This document shows positions 1 through 13,695 of a stretch of DNA of 64,000 nucleotides, piece by piece. The stretch's first letter is position 1. The number at the start of each line of letters is the position of its first letter. The position numbers and the translations under genes were made by a program. Under the pieces are notes generated by a model, which was not told where the DNA came from, searched no databases, and saw only the letters and a list, made by a program, of their open reading frames with translations. This stretch comes from Anthoceros angustus. Taxonomy: Eukaryota; Plantae; Anthocerotophyta. Location of the stretch: NCBI GenBank assembly GCA_010909165.1, contig MU008206.1, positions 186,001-250,000 of the forward strand. Reading direction: 5' to 3'.

Positions 1-2849
1 TCTTGTAGGGACCAGGAGTTTTCCTACCCTCTTGCTAACCCACATGCTTGTCTCGCAAATACTCAAGGCAAACCCATACAGAGTGGTTCCTTGATACAGT
101 GCACAAGGCATCTGTTTTGACAGTTCATTCGTCACATACAGGTTAGTTCACAACAGATTTGTTTACCTAGGTGACGATAGTAGGCTTGCGTGCCCTGGTG
201 TTGGCACCGTCAAGCTACCTGTCCCTTCAGGCATCACACTCTTGCTTACAGATGTGTATCATGTGCCTGAAATGACAAGAAACTTGATTTCTGTTAGAAG
301 GTTGAACATGGATAATCAAAGTCACATCCTCTTCACTCCGACAGAATGTAGGATTATAGATGCTTTTGATCATCGCAAAATCCTAGCCTATGGATCATCT
401 GACCATGATCTCTTTAGACTGCACACTCACACCAGTCATGCCAAGGCTAGCCTAGCTTCAAGGTCGCCTGAGACAGCTGCAAAGCAAGAAGAACAAGCTA
501 GGTTATGGCATGCACGCTTAGGTCACCCTCACAGCGCAAAGTTGCAAAAACTAGCTGCTAGTGACCTGTACAGTGATGGTAAAATTGGCAGTTTGCCATC
601 CTTACCTCTCTGTGAAGCCTGTGCTGTCCAAACGTCATCAAGCAGCCTTCAAGAACAAGACTCCTCACAGAGCTTCAGAAGTGCTTGAACTTGTGCACAC
701 TGACATATGTGGGCCACTCTCGCAGCCCTCAATCGGTGGTGGCCGATACTTCCTTACATTCACAGACGACAAGACGAGATTTGTCATGGCTTACATCTTG
801 AAAGCTAAAAGTGAATGCTTCTCTCTGTTCAAAGACTACATGAAACTTGCAGAGAGATGGACAGAAAATCAGAAAGTCCTACGTTCGAGACAATGGTGGA
901 GAATTCACATCTAATGAATTCCGACCTCGCAGGGCGAAGGATAGGCGGACAACTTACAGTTGTGTATACGCCGCAACAGAATGGCGTTGCCGAGCGCTTG
1001 AACTTGACACTGCAGGAGATGGTCTCCTCTATGCTTCACCAAGCCTCTTTGCCACTATCCTACTGGGCTGAAGCCCTTATGACAGCTGTGTATTTACGTA
1101 ACAGACTGCCTACAACTGCCGTGATTGGACAGACCCCCTTTGAAGCTTTCTATGGGCGCAAGCCAGCTATCCAACATCTTCGCACTTTCGGATGCATCGC
1201 TTTTGCTTTCATCCCTAAGGCCAAGCGAACCAAGTTAGCTGCTAAGGCCAAGAAGTACCTCATGATAGGATACCAAGGTATAAAAGCTTATAAGTTGTAT
1301 GACGTACCTCAGAACAAGGTGGTCTATGCACGGAGCGTGACCTTTGATGAAGGTCGAACTTGGCAGCAAGTGGGAGCTACTCCCACACAGGAGGACTTTG
1401 ATCTTTCTACCTTGCCTGACGTCACTGTTTTCGATGATTCTGCTCTTGCGGAGATTGCTCTGCAGGGAAGAACAACAAAATGATGCTCGAGCAAGGAGAT
1501 GAACCGAAAATTTTCGAACATTTGCGGAACCTCCTCCGATTGCGAACTGAACCGGTGACCTTTTACGATCCACGGACCCGATCCAGACATTGACGAGGAT
1601 GAGGCTGAAGATGCTCATCTTCTTGACAGTGATGCCGAGGTTGAACCTGAGATTCAACCCTTGCCTGAAGCTCCACCACAACCTGAGCGCCGTTATCCTG
1701 CAAGAGATAGACGGGCACCAGATTATTATCAGTCACAGGACTTTAGAAAACCAACAGCTAATGCAGCCACTTCCCTGGATCCTATCGAACCTCAATCCTA
1801 CGAAGAAGCTCTTAGCCGTCCTGATGCTGCAGAGTGGAAAAAGGCAATTCAATTAGAATATGATTCGCTAATAAAAAATGGAACATGGGAACTAGCTAAG
1901 TTACCTCCACGGGCGTAAGGTGGTGTCTTGCAAGTGGGTCTTCAAACTCAAGGTAAAGGCTGATGGGAGTTTTGATAGGTACAAAGCACGACTAGTAGCT
2001 CGTGGCTTTTCGCAAGTGCCTGGTCTCGATTACTTCGAAACATATGCTCCTGTGATGAAGCTGGCCACCTTTCGCTGTCATGCCGGCACATCAAGACTAC
2101 GAGTTAGACATGTTTGATGTAAAGACCGCATTTTACATGGCAAGTTGGACACGAAATCTACATGCAGCCCTCGGGATACGTAAAGGCAAGGAAGATCATG
2201 TCTTGCGCCTAATAAAACCCTCTATGGCACAAGCAATCAGCATTAGAGTGGAATCTTGTCTGGATGAAGAAGCTGCGTGCACTTGGATTCGTGAAATGTG
2301 TTTGAGACTGTATGTTTACAGATCCGTGACGTTGTGTGCTATCTCGCAGTGTATGTTGATGATTTGATTCTATCCGCAATAGCCCCACATTCATCACCAA
2401 AGTTAACAAGTCGCTATCTACCAAGTTTTGAAATGACTAACCTTGGAGCACTTGAGCTGCACAGGAATCCTTATTCGAGGGATAGAAAAAGCAGTCTATA
2501 TCTCTCACACTCGATACATTAGAATGTCTTTGAGACTTGGCTTGAAGGATGCAAATCCAGCGACTCCACGCCATCCGGTGAAATTTAGCAAGTCCATGTG
2601 TCCCGAAACCAAAAGGACATAGAAGACATGAGGTCGGTCCCCTCTGAGAAGGGAGTTGGCAAACTTATCTATCGCCAACACTACACGACGATGTAGCCTA
2701 CACCACAAGTGTGCTCGCAATACCTCGAGAACCCCGGTCAAACGCCGGGTGGTGTTAAGAGGGTGGTTAGGTATCCAAGGAACATCCAACATTGGGATTC
2801 GATTCGAGACACATACGCACACCACTTGAGTGGACGTATATCGACTCGA

Positions 2850-5822
2850 TTATCGGTGACATAGATACACGGAGGTCGTTGTTGCGTTGTCATGGTGGCG
2901 GGGAGGCCCATATGCTGGTCAAGCAAGAAGCAACCAGCTTGCAACTTCCGAAAGCGAATATCGGGTCCTCACATCTGCTAAAGAAATAGCTTGGTGCAAG
3001 CTAATGTTTAAGGAGCTGGGATTGCCACTCCTACTTGCACCACTATTAGAACCGACAACCAAGGATCCATGAACTGGCCAAGAACCCTGCTTTTCACTCC
3101 CGCACGTGGAAGTGGAATACCACTTCATTAGGGATCTTATCAAATCAGTCGATTACTGGAGTATGTACCAACAGCAGACAATCCAGATTTGTTCACAAAA
3201 GCCCCGAGTAGGGACGCACACAGCACATGAAAGTTTGGGCATGGGCAGCCACGAGGGCTACCGAGGCCAAGCAAAACCAATCCTAACCTAGCCTATGAGC
3301 TAGGAACAGCCCCAATCATTCAGCCATCGCCGGGATCATCATAGCTTGGAGAGACAGAAGGGACCTCCTACTCACAGTAGTAGAGGAGTCTGAAATCTTC
3401 TCCCAAGATGCATAGCTGTCCGATGAAGTAGAGAATGTCTCACCACCTGAACGAGGGGAGTTTCTTTTCTTTCTCTCCTCGTAGGAGATCCTCTCCTTGG
3501 TGCCCTGGCTCTCCTCCTCGTCTAAGCGTTCCTCGGATCCTGTGAGGCGAGTGGGGCTAGGAAAAGGTAGTGAATTCATCGTGAGACTGCGGGGGTTTAG
3601 GAAAAATTGGCAAACTAAATGTGGCGAAAGGATTACGCCCAACAGAAGAGTAATACTTACTATAGAAGCTTATGATGTGGTTATCAAAGCACAGGATTCG
3701 GACACGGACTCTCACCATCTTGCTGTGACCAAGCACTGTACCAAATAGGGTGCCAGGAACCGAGCACAACCGAGGGTAACAATTTTCGTCTCCGACGACT
3801 CGTTCTTAGGCTCGGGAACTTGGGTGGTGCAGGAGGATGTGGCTCGCCAGATGCATACTTGAACTCACCCTTCTACTGCGCATCAAAGCAAGCTCGAGAA
3901 AATAAGCGGCTTACAGCTGGCTGGGGTGCGAGGCGGCGGTGGAGCTCCCATCTCTGGTCTTCCTGCAGGGGCTCTTGCTCCACTTGCTGCAGCTGCCCGG
4001 CGCCGCTCCTCAAGCACGGCGTTCGTTGTTCCTTTCGGCCTGCCCCTAGGGCGGCCAGTTCCGCCAGAAGACCCAGCTGTGGCTGCCGCCTGAGTGGTTA
4101 CTCCCTTTGCCTCAGCTCGGGAGATGGAGGCAGTCGTTCTAGCTGCGCAAACCTACCTAGAGCATCCCTCTGGTAGACACGGCGCTTGGCAGGTGAGGAC
4201 AGGTCCACAGACTCAGAAGATGAAGACATCTTGCCTAGGAGCTTCAGTCTACGCTCTAGAAGCTGTGAAAGAATGAAGACCGGAACGTAAAGGCAAGCTA
4301 TTATGCTTATGGCACACTGCAGGCCGCCTTCACAGGCATTCCATTATCGGTGACATAGATACACGGAGGTCGTGTCTGCATGCGTTGTCATGGTGGCGGA
4401 GGGCCCATATGCTGGTCAAGCAAGAAGCAACCAACTTGCAACTTCCAGGAATATCGGGTCCTCACATCTGCTAAAGAAATAGCTTGGTGCAAGCTAATGT
4501 TTAAGGAGCTGGGATTGCCACTCCCTACTTGCACCACTATTAGAACCGACAACCAAGGATCCATGAACTGGCCAAGAACCTGCTTTTCACTCCCGCACGT
4601 GGAAGTGGAATACCACTTCATTAGGGATCTTATCAAATCAGTCGATTACAGGTATGTACCAACAGCGGACAATCCAGATTTGTTCACAAAAGCCCCGAGT
4701 AGGGACGCACACAGGCACATGAAAGTTTGGGCATGGGCGTACGAGGGCTACCCAGAGGCCAAGCAAAACCAATCCTAACCTAGCCTATGAGCTAGGAACA
4801 GCCCCAATCATTCAGCCATCGGGATCATCATAGCTTGGAGAGACAGAAGGGACCTCCTACTCACAGTAGTAGAGGAGTCTGAAATCTTCTCCCAAGATGC
4901 ATAGCTATCCGATGAAGTAGAGAATGTCTCACCACTTGAACGAGGGGAGTTTCTTCTCTTTCTCTCCTCGTAGGAGATCCTCTCCTTGGTGCCCTGGCTC
5001 TCCTCCTCGTCTAAGCGTTCCTCAGATCCTGTGAGAGGCGAGTGGGAGCTGTTAGGAAAAGGTAGTGAATTCATGCTGACAGACCTGCAGGGGGTTTAGG
5101 AAAAATTGGCAAACTAAATGTGGCAGAAAGGATTCTGCCCAAACAGAAGAGTAATACTTACTATAGAAGCTTATGATGTGGTCATCAAAGCCAGCGATTC
5201 GGACACGGACTCTCACCATCTTGCTGTGACCAAGCACCAAATAGGGCTGCACAGGAACCGAGCACAACCGAGGGTAACAATTTTCGTCTCCGACGACTCG
5301 TTCTTAGGCTCGGGAACTTGGGTGGTGCAGAGGATGTGGCTCGCCAGATGCATACTTGAACTCACCCTTCTACTGCGGCATCAAAGCAAGCTCGAGAAAA
5401 TAAGCGCTTCTTCTGGGGTGCGGCGGCGGTGGAGCTCCCATCTCGGTCTTCCGGGGCTCTTGCTCCACTTGCTGCAGCTGCCGCAGTGCCGCGCCGCTCC
5501 TCAAGCACGGCGTTCGTTGTTCCTTCGGCTGCCCTAGGCGCCCGCCAGACCAGGTGTGCCGCTGAGTGGTTACTCCCTTTGCCTCACTCGGGAGATGGAG
5601 GCGATCGTTCTAGGCAGCGCAAACCTACCTAGAGCATCCCTCCGTAGACACGGCGCTTGGCGGTGAGGACAGGTCCACAGACTCAGAAGATGAAGACATC
5701 TTGCCTAGGAGCTTCAGTCTACGCTCTAGAAGCTGTGAAAGAATGAAGACCGGAACGTAAAGGCAAGCTATTATGCTTATGGCACACCTGTAAGGGGCCG
5801 CCTTCACACAGAGCTGTTCCAT
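2850..5822. repeat. Direct tandem duplication of about 1.49 kb (2850-4342 / 4343-5822) within the copia element
   Basis: attatcggtgacatagatacacggagg recurs at about 2850 and 4343. The copies are colinear and differ mostly by small indels. Confidence 0.9.
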
Positions 5823-5961
5823 TACGCTCAGTTGGGGCTGGTCGCCTGGGGCTGTCAAACCTGGTACACACACACACGCACTCAAGCTCAACCGCTACAG
5901 TCTGCACAAGGTGCTCGCGGAGAAGAAGACTGTACACTATGCAATAATCAACAAGTGGGAG

Positions 5962-6210
5962 TATTGAAGATAGAGTGTTGAGTTATTACTTATAGTTATT
6001 ATATCTAGCTATCTAGTGTATGTGTGTATATAGCTTGAATTTATTCAGCTTACCCTTTCATTAGGGTTACGTCCCTAGGCCAAAGGTCATGTCTCTTGGT
6101 TACTAGAATAAGTCTAGTTGCTACAATCAATTTACTAATGCTTTCTTGTATTTTCTACAATAATGTAATTGATAAATACTCAATTGGTTTGCACCATTTC
6201 CATATTTAAT
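5962..6210 (+). repeat. Putative 3' LTR of the copia element
   Basis: An AT-rich segment of about 250 bp starts TATTGAAG immediately after the polypurine tract. The right boundary is approximate and there is no second LTR in the window to compare. Confidence 0.5.
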
Positions 6211-6499
6211 GTGAGACCACGCCGGAGGTGGGTGACCAGCAGGACAGCATTGCACGCACGGCGTCGTGGTGGGGCCCGCCACAGTGGCTGAACCCCCCCA
6301 CTGCGATGGCTGAGCCTTCCACGGTGGTGGGTTCAGGTATGGTAGCTGGTTCTGGTAGAGTAAGGATCGGTTGTGGTAGAGCTAGGACCCATAGTTTTAG
6401 AACATCTTGACACAAAACCATTCTCTTGGGATCGAATCCTAGGACTATAACGACATAGAGGGTAATGTGGCCTCTTTGCGCCTTTGGGACGCAAAGACC

Positions 6500-7960
6500 C
6501 CATTCCACACTATGGAATCCTTCCACAGCTGAAGTTGTATGTTGCCCTGCGTGAGGCAACATTCTAGCATTACACAACCACATATCTATAGTCTCTCCCC
6601 ATTGGACTTTCAGATATCTCACAAAGTCTCCTTCACTTGTACCCCACTTGTCATAAAAATTGTTTAGCATACTTCTTCCTATGGAAACACACTGTGAAGA
6701 TGTGCTTGCCCCTGTGACATACATAATATCCCCTAGCTCTGCCCATATTGAAATTCGATTACTTTGTGAGTGCACTTTCTTCAATAAATTCCGTCTCCAT
6801 GCTTTCCGCACATGCCACAAACATAATAATATAGGCATATTATGATTCCACACTGAGCGAATAGCAGAAATCTCTGCCTGATAATCATCAACAAGGAATG
6901 AACTAGGTGTCCAATCCTTGTTGATCTTTTCAACCTTCTTCCGTAAATCTGAAAGCCACGACAAGTGACTCGAGTAGCATCTTTTGTAATAGCCCATGCT
7001 CGAACACCGTTCAAGTAATGGTCAAAACCCATCACAGTGAATAAGTGGTAGCGATACCTGTTCAACCCAAAAGTTGCATCCATAGCTAGCACATTACCAT
7101 TCCCATAAATCAACATGCAATTTAACATAAAAGGAGTTTGAATACCCAAAGTAAAAGGTTGATTCTCGCTTGATTGGTGGAAGACTATAGACGCATTTTT
7201 CTCCAACGTGACACTGATGTGGCATCATCTGGGGCTAGCTTCCATTCACCAACTTCAACTTGTGTAAGTATATTGAGAACATCATATCTTTGCATATAAT
7301 CATCTCTTACTAGTTTATATACCTCTGTCTGATTGTTGATTCGAGCATACAATGCATCTTGATGCCGACGCATTATTTCATCAACAGGAACTTTGCAATA
7401 TAGGCAATGCCTGATCCAATCCTTCTTTTCTTGTGAAAGCCATGTTGCTCTGACATCACGGGGTAAGCCTTCGTACCCAGGCCCATGACATATAGCATTT
7501 GAAAGGTCAGTATGCCTATGTTCAAAAAGACCAATCTCAGCAACCTTAGGCCACAGGAGAAGTTTCTTCACCCTAAAATTTGCTTGGCAACCATGCTTGA
7601 CACTCTCTCCACGGAGGACCTTACATTTAGCTATATTAGCACCACGTGACACTCCCACCTCCTTTTGGCGAAAGTCTTCCGGGCCGTAAGAACACCAATA
7701 CCTGCAAGCCAGACTCACAATGTTAATGCCTCCCTAAGTAATAAAACAATTTGCATACTTCAAACCTTCTTACCTAACATATGATGCATTTGTATGCCTT
7801 TGTCGATGCGAGGTAAACTCCCCCTTAGAATCCTTCTTGTAGAAGTTCAGGATGGGAACTTATAGCACTCATTCCCCAATAAAGTCTCCCACTTTAGAAA
7901 AGAGTATGTGAGCCACCTTCACATGTTTTGCTGCCCGGTGCCCTAGAATGGTCATATTGA
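6500..7960 (-). pseudogene. Mutator-like (MULE) transposase relic, 3'-truncated
   Basis: Motifs YWCSYGPED...KHGCQANFRVKKL...H...CHG, LAMDATFGLNRY, FLVDDYQAEI, LLCLWHVRKAW and TTSAVEGFHS (DDE core) are spread over three frames. Homology stops just after the catalytic E. Confidence 0.85.
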
Positions 7961-8121
7961 GAAGAAACCCGGTTTAGGTCGGTATGGTTAAATAACCCTA
8001 ATTTAGGAAGCTGCACCACAAAAGGTGTGTTAGTTGGTAACTCTTCTAAGTTAATACAAGAACTCAAATCCATATTATTATTATCCGTAAATCACATTCC
8101 CCTATCCCAAAGAGAAAAAAG

Positions 8122-8180
8122 CCCTAACCCTAACCCTAACCTTAATCTCAACCTTTAACCAAAATCCCTATCCCTAATCA
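8122..8180 (+). repeat. Short (CCCTAA)3 plus degenerate telomere-like units
   Basis: Sequence reads gccctaaccctaaccctaaccttaatctcaacctttaacc...ccctatccctaa. Confidence 0.75.
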
Positions 8181-10596
8181 CAAGAGCGCTTGAAAGCAAA
8201 GATTGAACATGCCGCTCTAAACTCGCATCTCACGCTATGCAAATGACGGGAGTTCACATACCATAAGCTTGTGAGCCAAGGTGCACTTGGAGCCTTAAAC
8301 AAGTATTATTAGTAACGTGTAAGCGGGTAGGGACGAGCGGCTTTCTCATGTCCCGTGTTGGTGGTACGTAGGGTTGGTGGCATCAAAACTTTTGGCCATC
8401 GGTTCGGATTATGCATGACTCACCATAGCATGGTGATGGGCAAGGACATACAGAGGTACATGTGGGCCGTGGAGGCCGTCGGACACACGTGCGGCCTTAA
8501 TGGCCATCGGGTATCCATTTGCAAGCGTTGATGTGGACTCGTATTTCAAATGTAGTTGTGGGAAGGTTTGCAGATCGATAGGGCGTGAAGAGATAGGGCG
8601 CAAGGCACTTAGTCGAGTTGTTGAGAGCCTCACACTGCCCCGCTCTTGATGGTGAATTTAGAAGTGATGAGTTATGTGTGTGAGCATTGGTGCAAGGATG
8701 GGTTGGATGATGCCTGCGATGGAGACTTTGCTTTTGCAGCTGGGTACACTCACTGACTGTTGAAAGAGGAATGTTGAATTGTGAAATGTTTGTCCCAGAG
8801 TAATTGTGATGCTATTAAAGAATGTGTATATGCCTCTTGCTAAGGCTGTGTGCTCGTTTGTCTTGAAATTTTGCAAGTTTGCAATGACGAATCAAGGATT
8901 TTGCTCTGGAGGAGCTTAAGGAATCTAGCTAAGGCTTTGGGGCGAGACATTTTGGTGGAAGGTGTGCTCTAGACCGACTTTTCTTTACCATTTTGGTGGG
9001 GCTGCTTGCGGTGTGTTAAGTTCTTTACCATTTTGGTGGGGTTGCTTGGTGTGTCAATTATCTCTCGTGTAAGCTAATCTCGCTTTGGCTCTCACCTTTA
9101 TGCCCTGTCCCCTCCCAGCTCGTGATAAGCTTTCTTCACGAGCATGGCTACAGTGATGGGTTATGGTGAGGATGCATAAGGCATACAGGCTCCTGATCTG
9201 ACGTGGCCCTGACTTTGTTTGTCTTGGGGTCTCACTTTGACGCGTGGCGCGTCTGTTTAGAAAGGGGTTTCTCCACCGAAACCCTTTTTGCCTACGGACT
9301 TGGCGGACCCTTTTTGCACTTGAAAAAATCCGCACTATAATCGGGCTTTTGATATTTCTCTGCGGACATGTTACCGCAACCTTTTGAATAATTGTTTTGA
9401 TACACGTTATTTGAGATTGTAGATTGCAAATGTGGCAAAACCTAAAGTCCCATTCTCGTTGCTTTTCTTTCAAACTGGACACAAAATTAGCAAACTTATG
9501 CGCGCACATCTAAGCGTCTCCAACATCGGCAATCATTGCGGTGTTGAGCGTATCTAAACATTTAGAGTTTTAGGGCTTGCTGTAATTGCAGTGCGCAAAC
9601 TTGTTTTGCGCACCATTCATTCAGTCAATCCTAGACTATACTCTCGCTCAGAATTTTCACAGGACTTTGTTCCTTAGACATTGGGACAATAATATCTTCT
9701 TTGACTGATGCTCTTGATCCACGTCTAGTGCGAGAATGAGAGTGGCATAGTGCGCACTTGGTGGGCCCGTAAGCGTCTCAAGATTCAAAAGATGCAAAAG
9801 GTTCTCACTACTAGTTCAAAGTTTTAACCACTAGAAAAAGATGAGGGTTAAGTAAAGATAAGAACATATCCACATTAGGGTGCACAAAAAGGTTGAAAGC
9901 GTCGAAAGGAACCCTTTAAAACAAAAATATCAAAAAAATACAAAAAATTCAAAAAATTGTCAAAATTTTAGAGCAAGTGCGCACTTGCCTCAAAAACTGG
10001 ACTTTTTGATTTTTAAGGGTTTTAAGGGTTTTTAGACTTTTGCTCTTTTCTTTGGATGAACAAATGCAGGAATGCACTAGGAGGCATGAACCATTTGGGT
10101 TCATGCTCCAGGCCTTCTTGACCTTGGGTGCTGCTGTGCACTTGCGCCCCCAGTGCGCGCTGTCGCTGCCGCCCCTGCCCACAGTGCGCTGCAGGCCCTC
10201 CTTGCCCACGGTGCACAGGCCCCACAGTGCGCACGGGCCCCTGCCTGGTGCATGCACTTGTTCACCAGTGGGCCCCTAGCATGTTTGATGATAACCCGGT
10301 ACTAGGTCAGAAAGAGCACAGTAAGGATAAAAGGGATAGGGTGTTCTTCGTCGCATTAGGGCATAGGATAGGTATATAAGAGTGGTCTAGGTGAACCTCC
10401 GCCGATGTCTACTACTTGTTATTTTGTGGGAGTTCGGCACATCCTCGGACCTCAAAGGACATGCTTCCCCATTAGAAGATCATTTTCGTTCTTTTTGCAG
10501 TGCATGCACAAGTTTGCACATAAGCGTTGTTTAGGCGCACCACAAAGGTGTGTTAGTTGGTAACTCTTCTAAGTTAATACAAGAACTCAAATCCAT

Positions 10597-11417
10597 ATTA
10601 TTATTATTATTATTATTATTAACGTGTAAGCGGGTAGGGACGAGCGGCTTTCTCATGTCCGTGTTGGTGGTACGTAGGGTTGGTGGCATCAAAACTTTTG
10701 GCCATCGGTTCGGATTATGCATGACTCACCATAGCATGGTGATGGGCAAGGACATACAGAGGTACATGTCGTGGCCGTGGAGGGCCGTGCGGACACACGT
10801 GCCGGCCTTAATGGCCATCGGGTATCCATTTGCAAGCGTTGATGTGGACTCGTATTTCAAATGTAGTTGTGGGAAGGTTTGCAGATGCTGATAGGGCGTG
10901 AAGAGATAGGAGCGCAAGGCACTTAGTCAGTTGTTGAGAGAGCCTCAGTGCCTGTCCTGCTCTTGATGGCTGAATTTAGAAGTGATGAGTTATGTGTGTG
11001 AGCATTGGTGCAAGGATGGGTTGGATGATGCCTGCGATGGAGACTTTGCTTTTGCAGCTGGGTACACTCACTGACTGTTGAAAGAGGAATGTTGAATTGT
11101 GAAATGTTTGTCCCAGAGTAATTGTGATGCTATTAAAGAATGTGTATATGCCTCTTGCTAAGGCTGTGTGCTCGTTTTGTCTTGAAATTTTGCAAGTTTG
11201 CAATGACGAATCAAGGATTTTGCTCCTGGAGGAGCTTAAGGAATCTAGCTAAGGCTTTGGGGCAGACATTTTGGTGGAAGGTGTGCTCTAGACCCGACTT
11301 TTCTTTACCATTTTGGTGGGGCTGCTTGCGGTGTGTTAAGTTCTTTACCATTTTGGTGGGGTTGCTTCTGGTGTGTCAATTATCTGTTCTCGTGTAAGCT
11401 AATCTCGCTTTGGCTCT
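10597..11417 (-). mobile_element. Probable 3' fragment of a LINE with an (AAT)n tail; a second copy lies at about 8013-9092
   Basis: Minus-strand HQRLQMDTRW resembles the LINE C-terminal HRLxIETGRW motif, and (TTA)n at about 10597-10620 would be the 3' tail. Segments 10537-11417 and 8013-9092 are near-identical. Confidence 0.35.
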
Positions 11418-11965
11418 ATTGGATTTTTGACTTGCATCTTATATTCCTCTTCACATGCATGTTGCTGTTGACCCTGCACACATGATGGCCTTCAAATCCA
11501 GGAGAATATCTCGTAAGATCATCATCACAGCCTTCAAGTGCATGCGCATTCTATAATGCACCGCCTTGCGAACTTTACAAGGCGTCGGCGGATTATGTTA
11601 CAATATATACTGCCTTCATTTATCCTAATTTTAAGATATTATATATGCATTATTTTATGTAAATCTGGTCCCTAATTAGGGGCCAAATTTAGTTAAAATA
11701 ATATGTATATATATATTGCCTAAAAATTAGGATTTAAATACAATGGATATATGTAATTATATTATTAAATTCATAATTTGACAATTTTAATTAGATAATT
11801 TATTTAGTTAATCCAATAATCATTTTTTTTCAATATTATCATATATTGAATAAATAATCATGTATTGCATGACATACGTATATAATTTGATCCTTGTATT
11901 CTATACCATATAGTATACCTTACGTCAGTACCCGTATGTATGAAAAAAAGATGTATACTATTTTT

Positions 11966-13150
11966 GTAGAATATGTATACATTTTAATGTATAAACAACG
12001 TTGTAAATCATTGAGATATGAATTTTCCAAGTTGTAATCTACCTAATAGATTGTGTTGTAAAGCTGGCGATTCACGAATTTTTTAGGTTGTAAATGAGGT
12101 TGTAAATGAGGTTGTAAATGAGGTTGTAGAAGATGTTGTAAACGACCTTGTAAACAAAGTTGTAACCGATGTTGTAAACCATGTTGTAAAGGACGTTACA
12201 AATGACATTTGCCAACGTCGTTTGCTTTGCAACCGTCGTGGGCAAATGACGTTGGCGAACGACGCTTGCAAACACAGCAAACGACGTTGGCGAACAACGC
12301 TTGCAAACACAGCGAACGACGTTGGCGAATGACGCTTGCAAACACGGTGACGGCGTTGGCGGCGGCGCTTACAAACACGCGACGGCGTTGGCGGCGCTTG
12401 CAAACCACGGCGTTGGCGGCGGCGCTTGCAAACAATGACGGCGTTGGCGCGGCGCTTACAAACACGGTGACGGCGTTGGCGAGCGGCGCTTACACCACAG
12501 CGGCGTTGGCGAGCGGCGCTTACAAACACATGACGGCGTTGGCGAGCGCTTGCAAACATGACGGCGTTGTGACGGGGCTTGCAAACACGGTGACGACATT
12601 GGCGAGCGGCGCAAACATAGCGAGCGGCGTTGGCGACGGCGGCTTGCAAACCGCAGTGACGGCGTTGGCGAGCGGCTTGCAAACAAAGCAAGCGGCGTTG
12701 GCGAGCGTCGTTGCTTTAACGATGTTGTAATTAAATTGTACTCTAGATTGTAAGTAAGGGTGTATGAAGGTTGTAAATGAGGTTGTAACGTATATTGTAA
12801 AATACGTTGTAAATAGACCCACTTTTATAACCTAGTTAAGCTGTCATACTACAACCTCCTATTAACAACCTAGATTACAAGGCAACCACATTGTAAATGG
12901 CATTGTCATTTAGGTTGTAAACGAGCCCAGTGTTGTAAATGGCGTTGTAAACCGGCTACCCCGGACACCTTACCCGTCCGGTTGGCGGATGGCTGCCACG
13001 CCCATGATTTGATGACGTGGCAAACTTCCTGCCACAATTTACCAACCTAGTTAAGTTGTAAGTCTACAAATGTGTAAATGTCCTTTTTACAGCGTGAGGT
13101 TGTAAATTACGTTGTAACATCCGTTATAAAACACTGCGATTTTTCTAGTG
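11966..13150. mobile_element. Right end of a CACTA (En/Spm) element with subterminal repeats and a minisatellite (copy 1)
   Basis: Ends ...gcgatttttcTAGTG, the reverse complement of CACTAGAAAAATCGC. It carries many GTTGTAAA/TTACAAC subterminal motifs in both orientations, a 12-bp GGTTGTAAATGA repeat and ~33-bp GGCGTTGGCG...CTTGCAAACAC repeats. Confidence 0.7.
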
Positions 13151-13695
13151 AACTTAGATCACGGTGTCCCGAGTACCAAAGTGTCCAGAAATGGCATGCC
13201 ATACTGGGTGTGATAACGGGTCATGAATATGCAAATCTGAATGTATCACTTTAATTTATAATATATTTAGAGAGCGAGGCACATTCATTTTGTAGGGAGG
13301 TTGGCTAATGCCCAATGGGCTCGCGCTTAGGTTCATAAGCGTTAAAGTTTTCACTCTTCTTACAAATGCATCACATTACTACCTAATATAATTCGCTTTA
13401 TCCACATGTACTTATATCTTAGATGGAAGTTGAGGTTATTGAGGAGATTCAAGCGGCAGGGAAGATTGATAGTCTCGACCAACTGTTACATTGGGCTCCA
13501 CTTCTTTTGGAGGATGCGGAGCCATGAGAGGGCGATTGCGAGAAGGATGTAGGAGGATGCGGGAGGATGTAGGAGGAGGCTGGAGGAGGCGATAGTACAT
13601 GCACGAGTAGGAAAGTAAGATTATGGGGCCAAAATATGAGGGATCAATCCTAGGTTATGGGTGCATGTGGACAAAAAGATTGAAGTGAAAGTTTG

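Larger units (their letters stand above)
1..6210 (+). mobile_element. Ty1/copia LTR retrotransposon (pol through 3' LTR; 5' part outside window; frameshifted)
   Basis: Copia domain order is present: protease (EWFLD near 82), pre-integrase ARLWHARLGHP, integrase LELVHTDICGP and TPQQNGVAERLN, RT CKWVFKLKVKADGSFDRYKARLVARGFSQVPGLDYFETYAPV and YVDDL, then RNase H-like SEYRVL...HVEVEYHFIRD. A purine tract AAGTGGGAG lies near 5953. Confidence 0.95.

Noticed and set aside
9829-9840. CACTAGAAAAAG as the left TIR matching 13150
   Set aside because: The match stops after about 11 nt, no subterminal repeats follow, and the flanking trinucleotides (aac before, aac after 13150) are too short to rely on. 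It is left unresolved and not called.
13141-13150. CTAG-T as a Helitron 3' end
   Set aside because: There is no GC-rich hairpin upstream. A CACTA TIR plus subterminal repeats explains it better.
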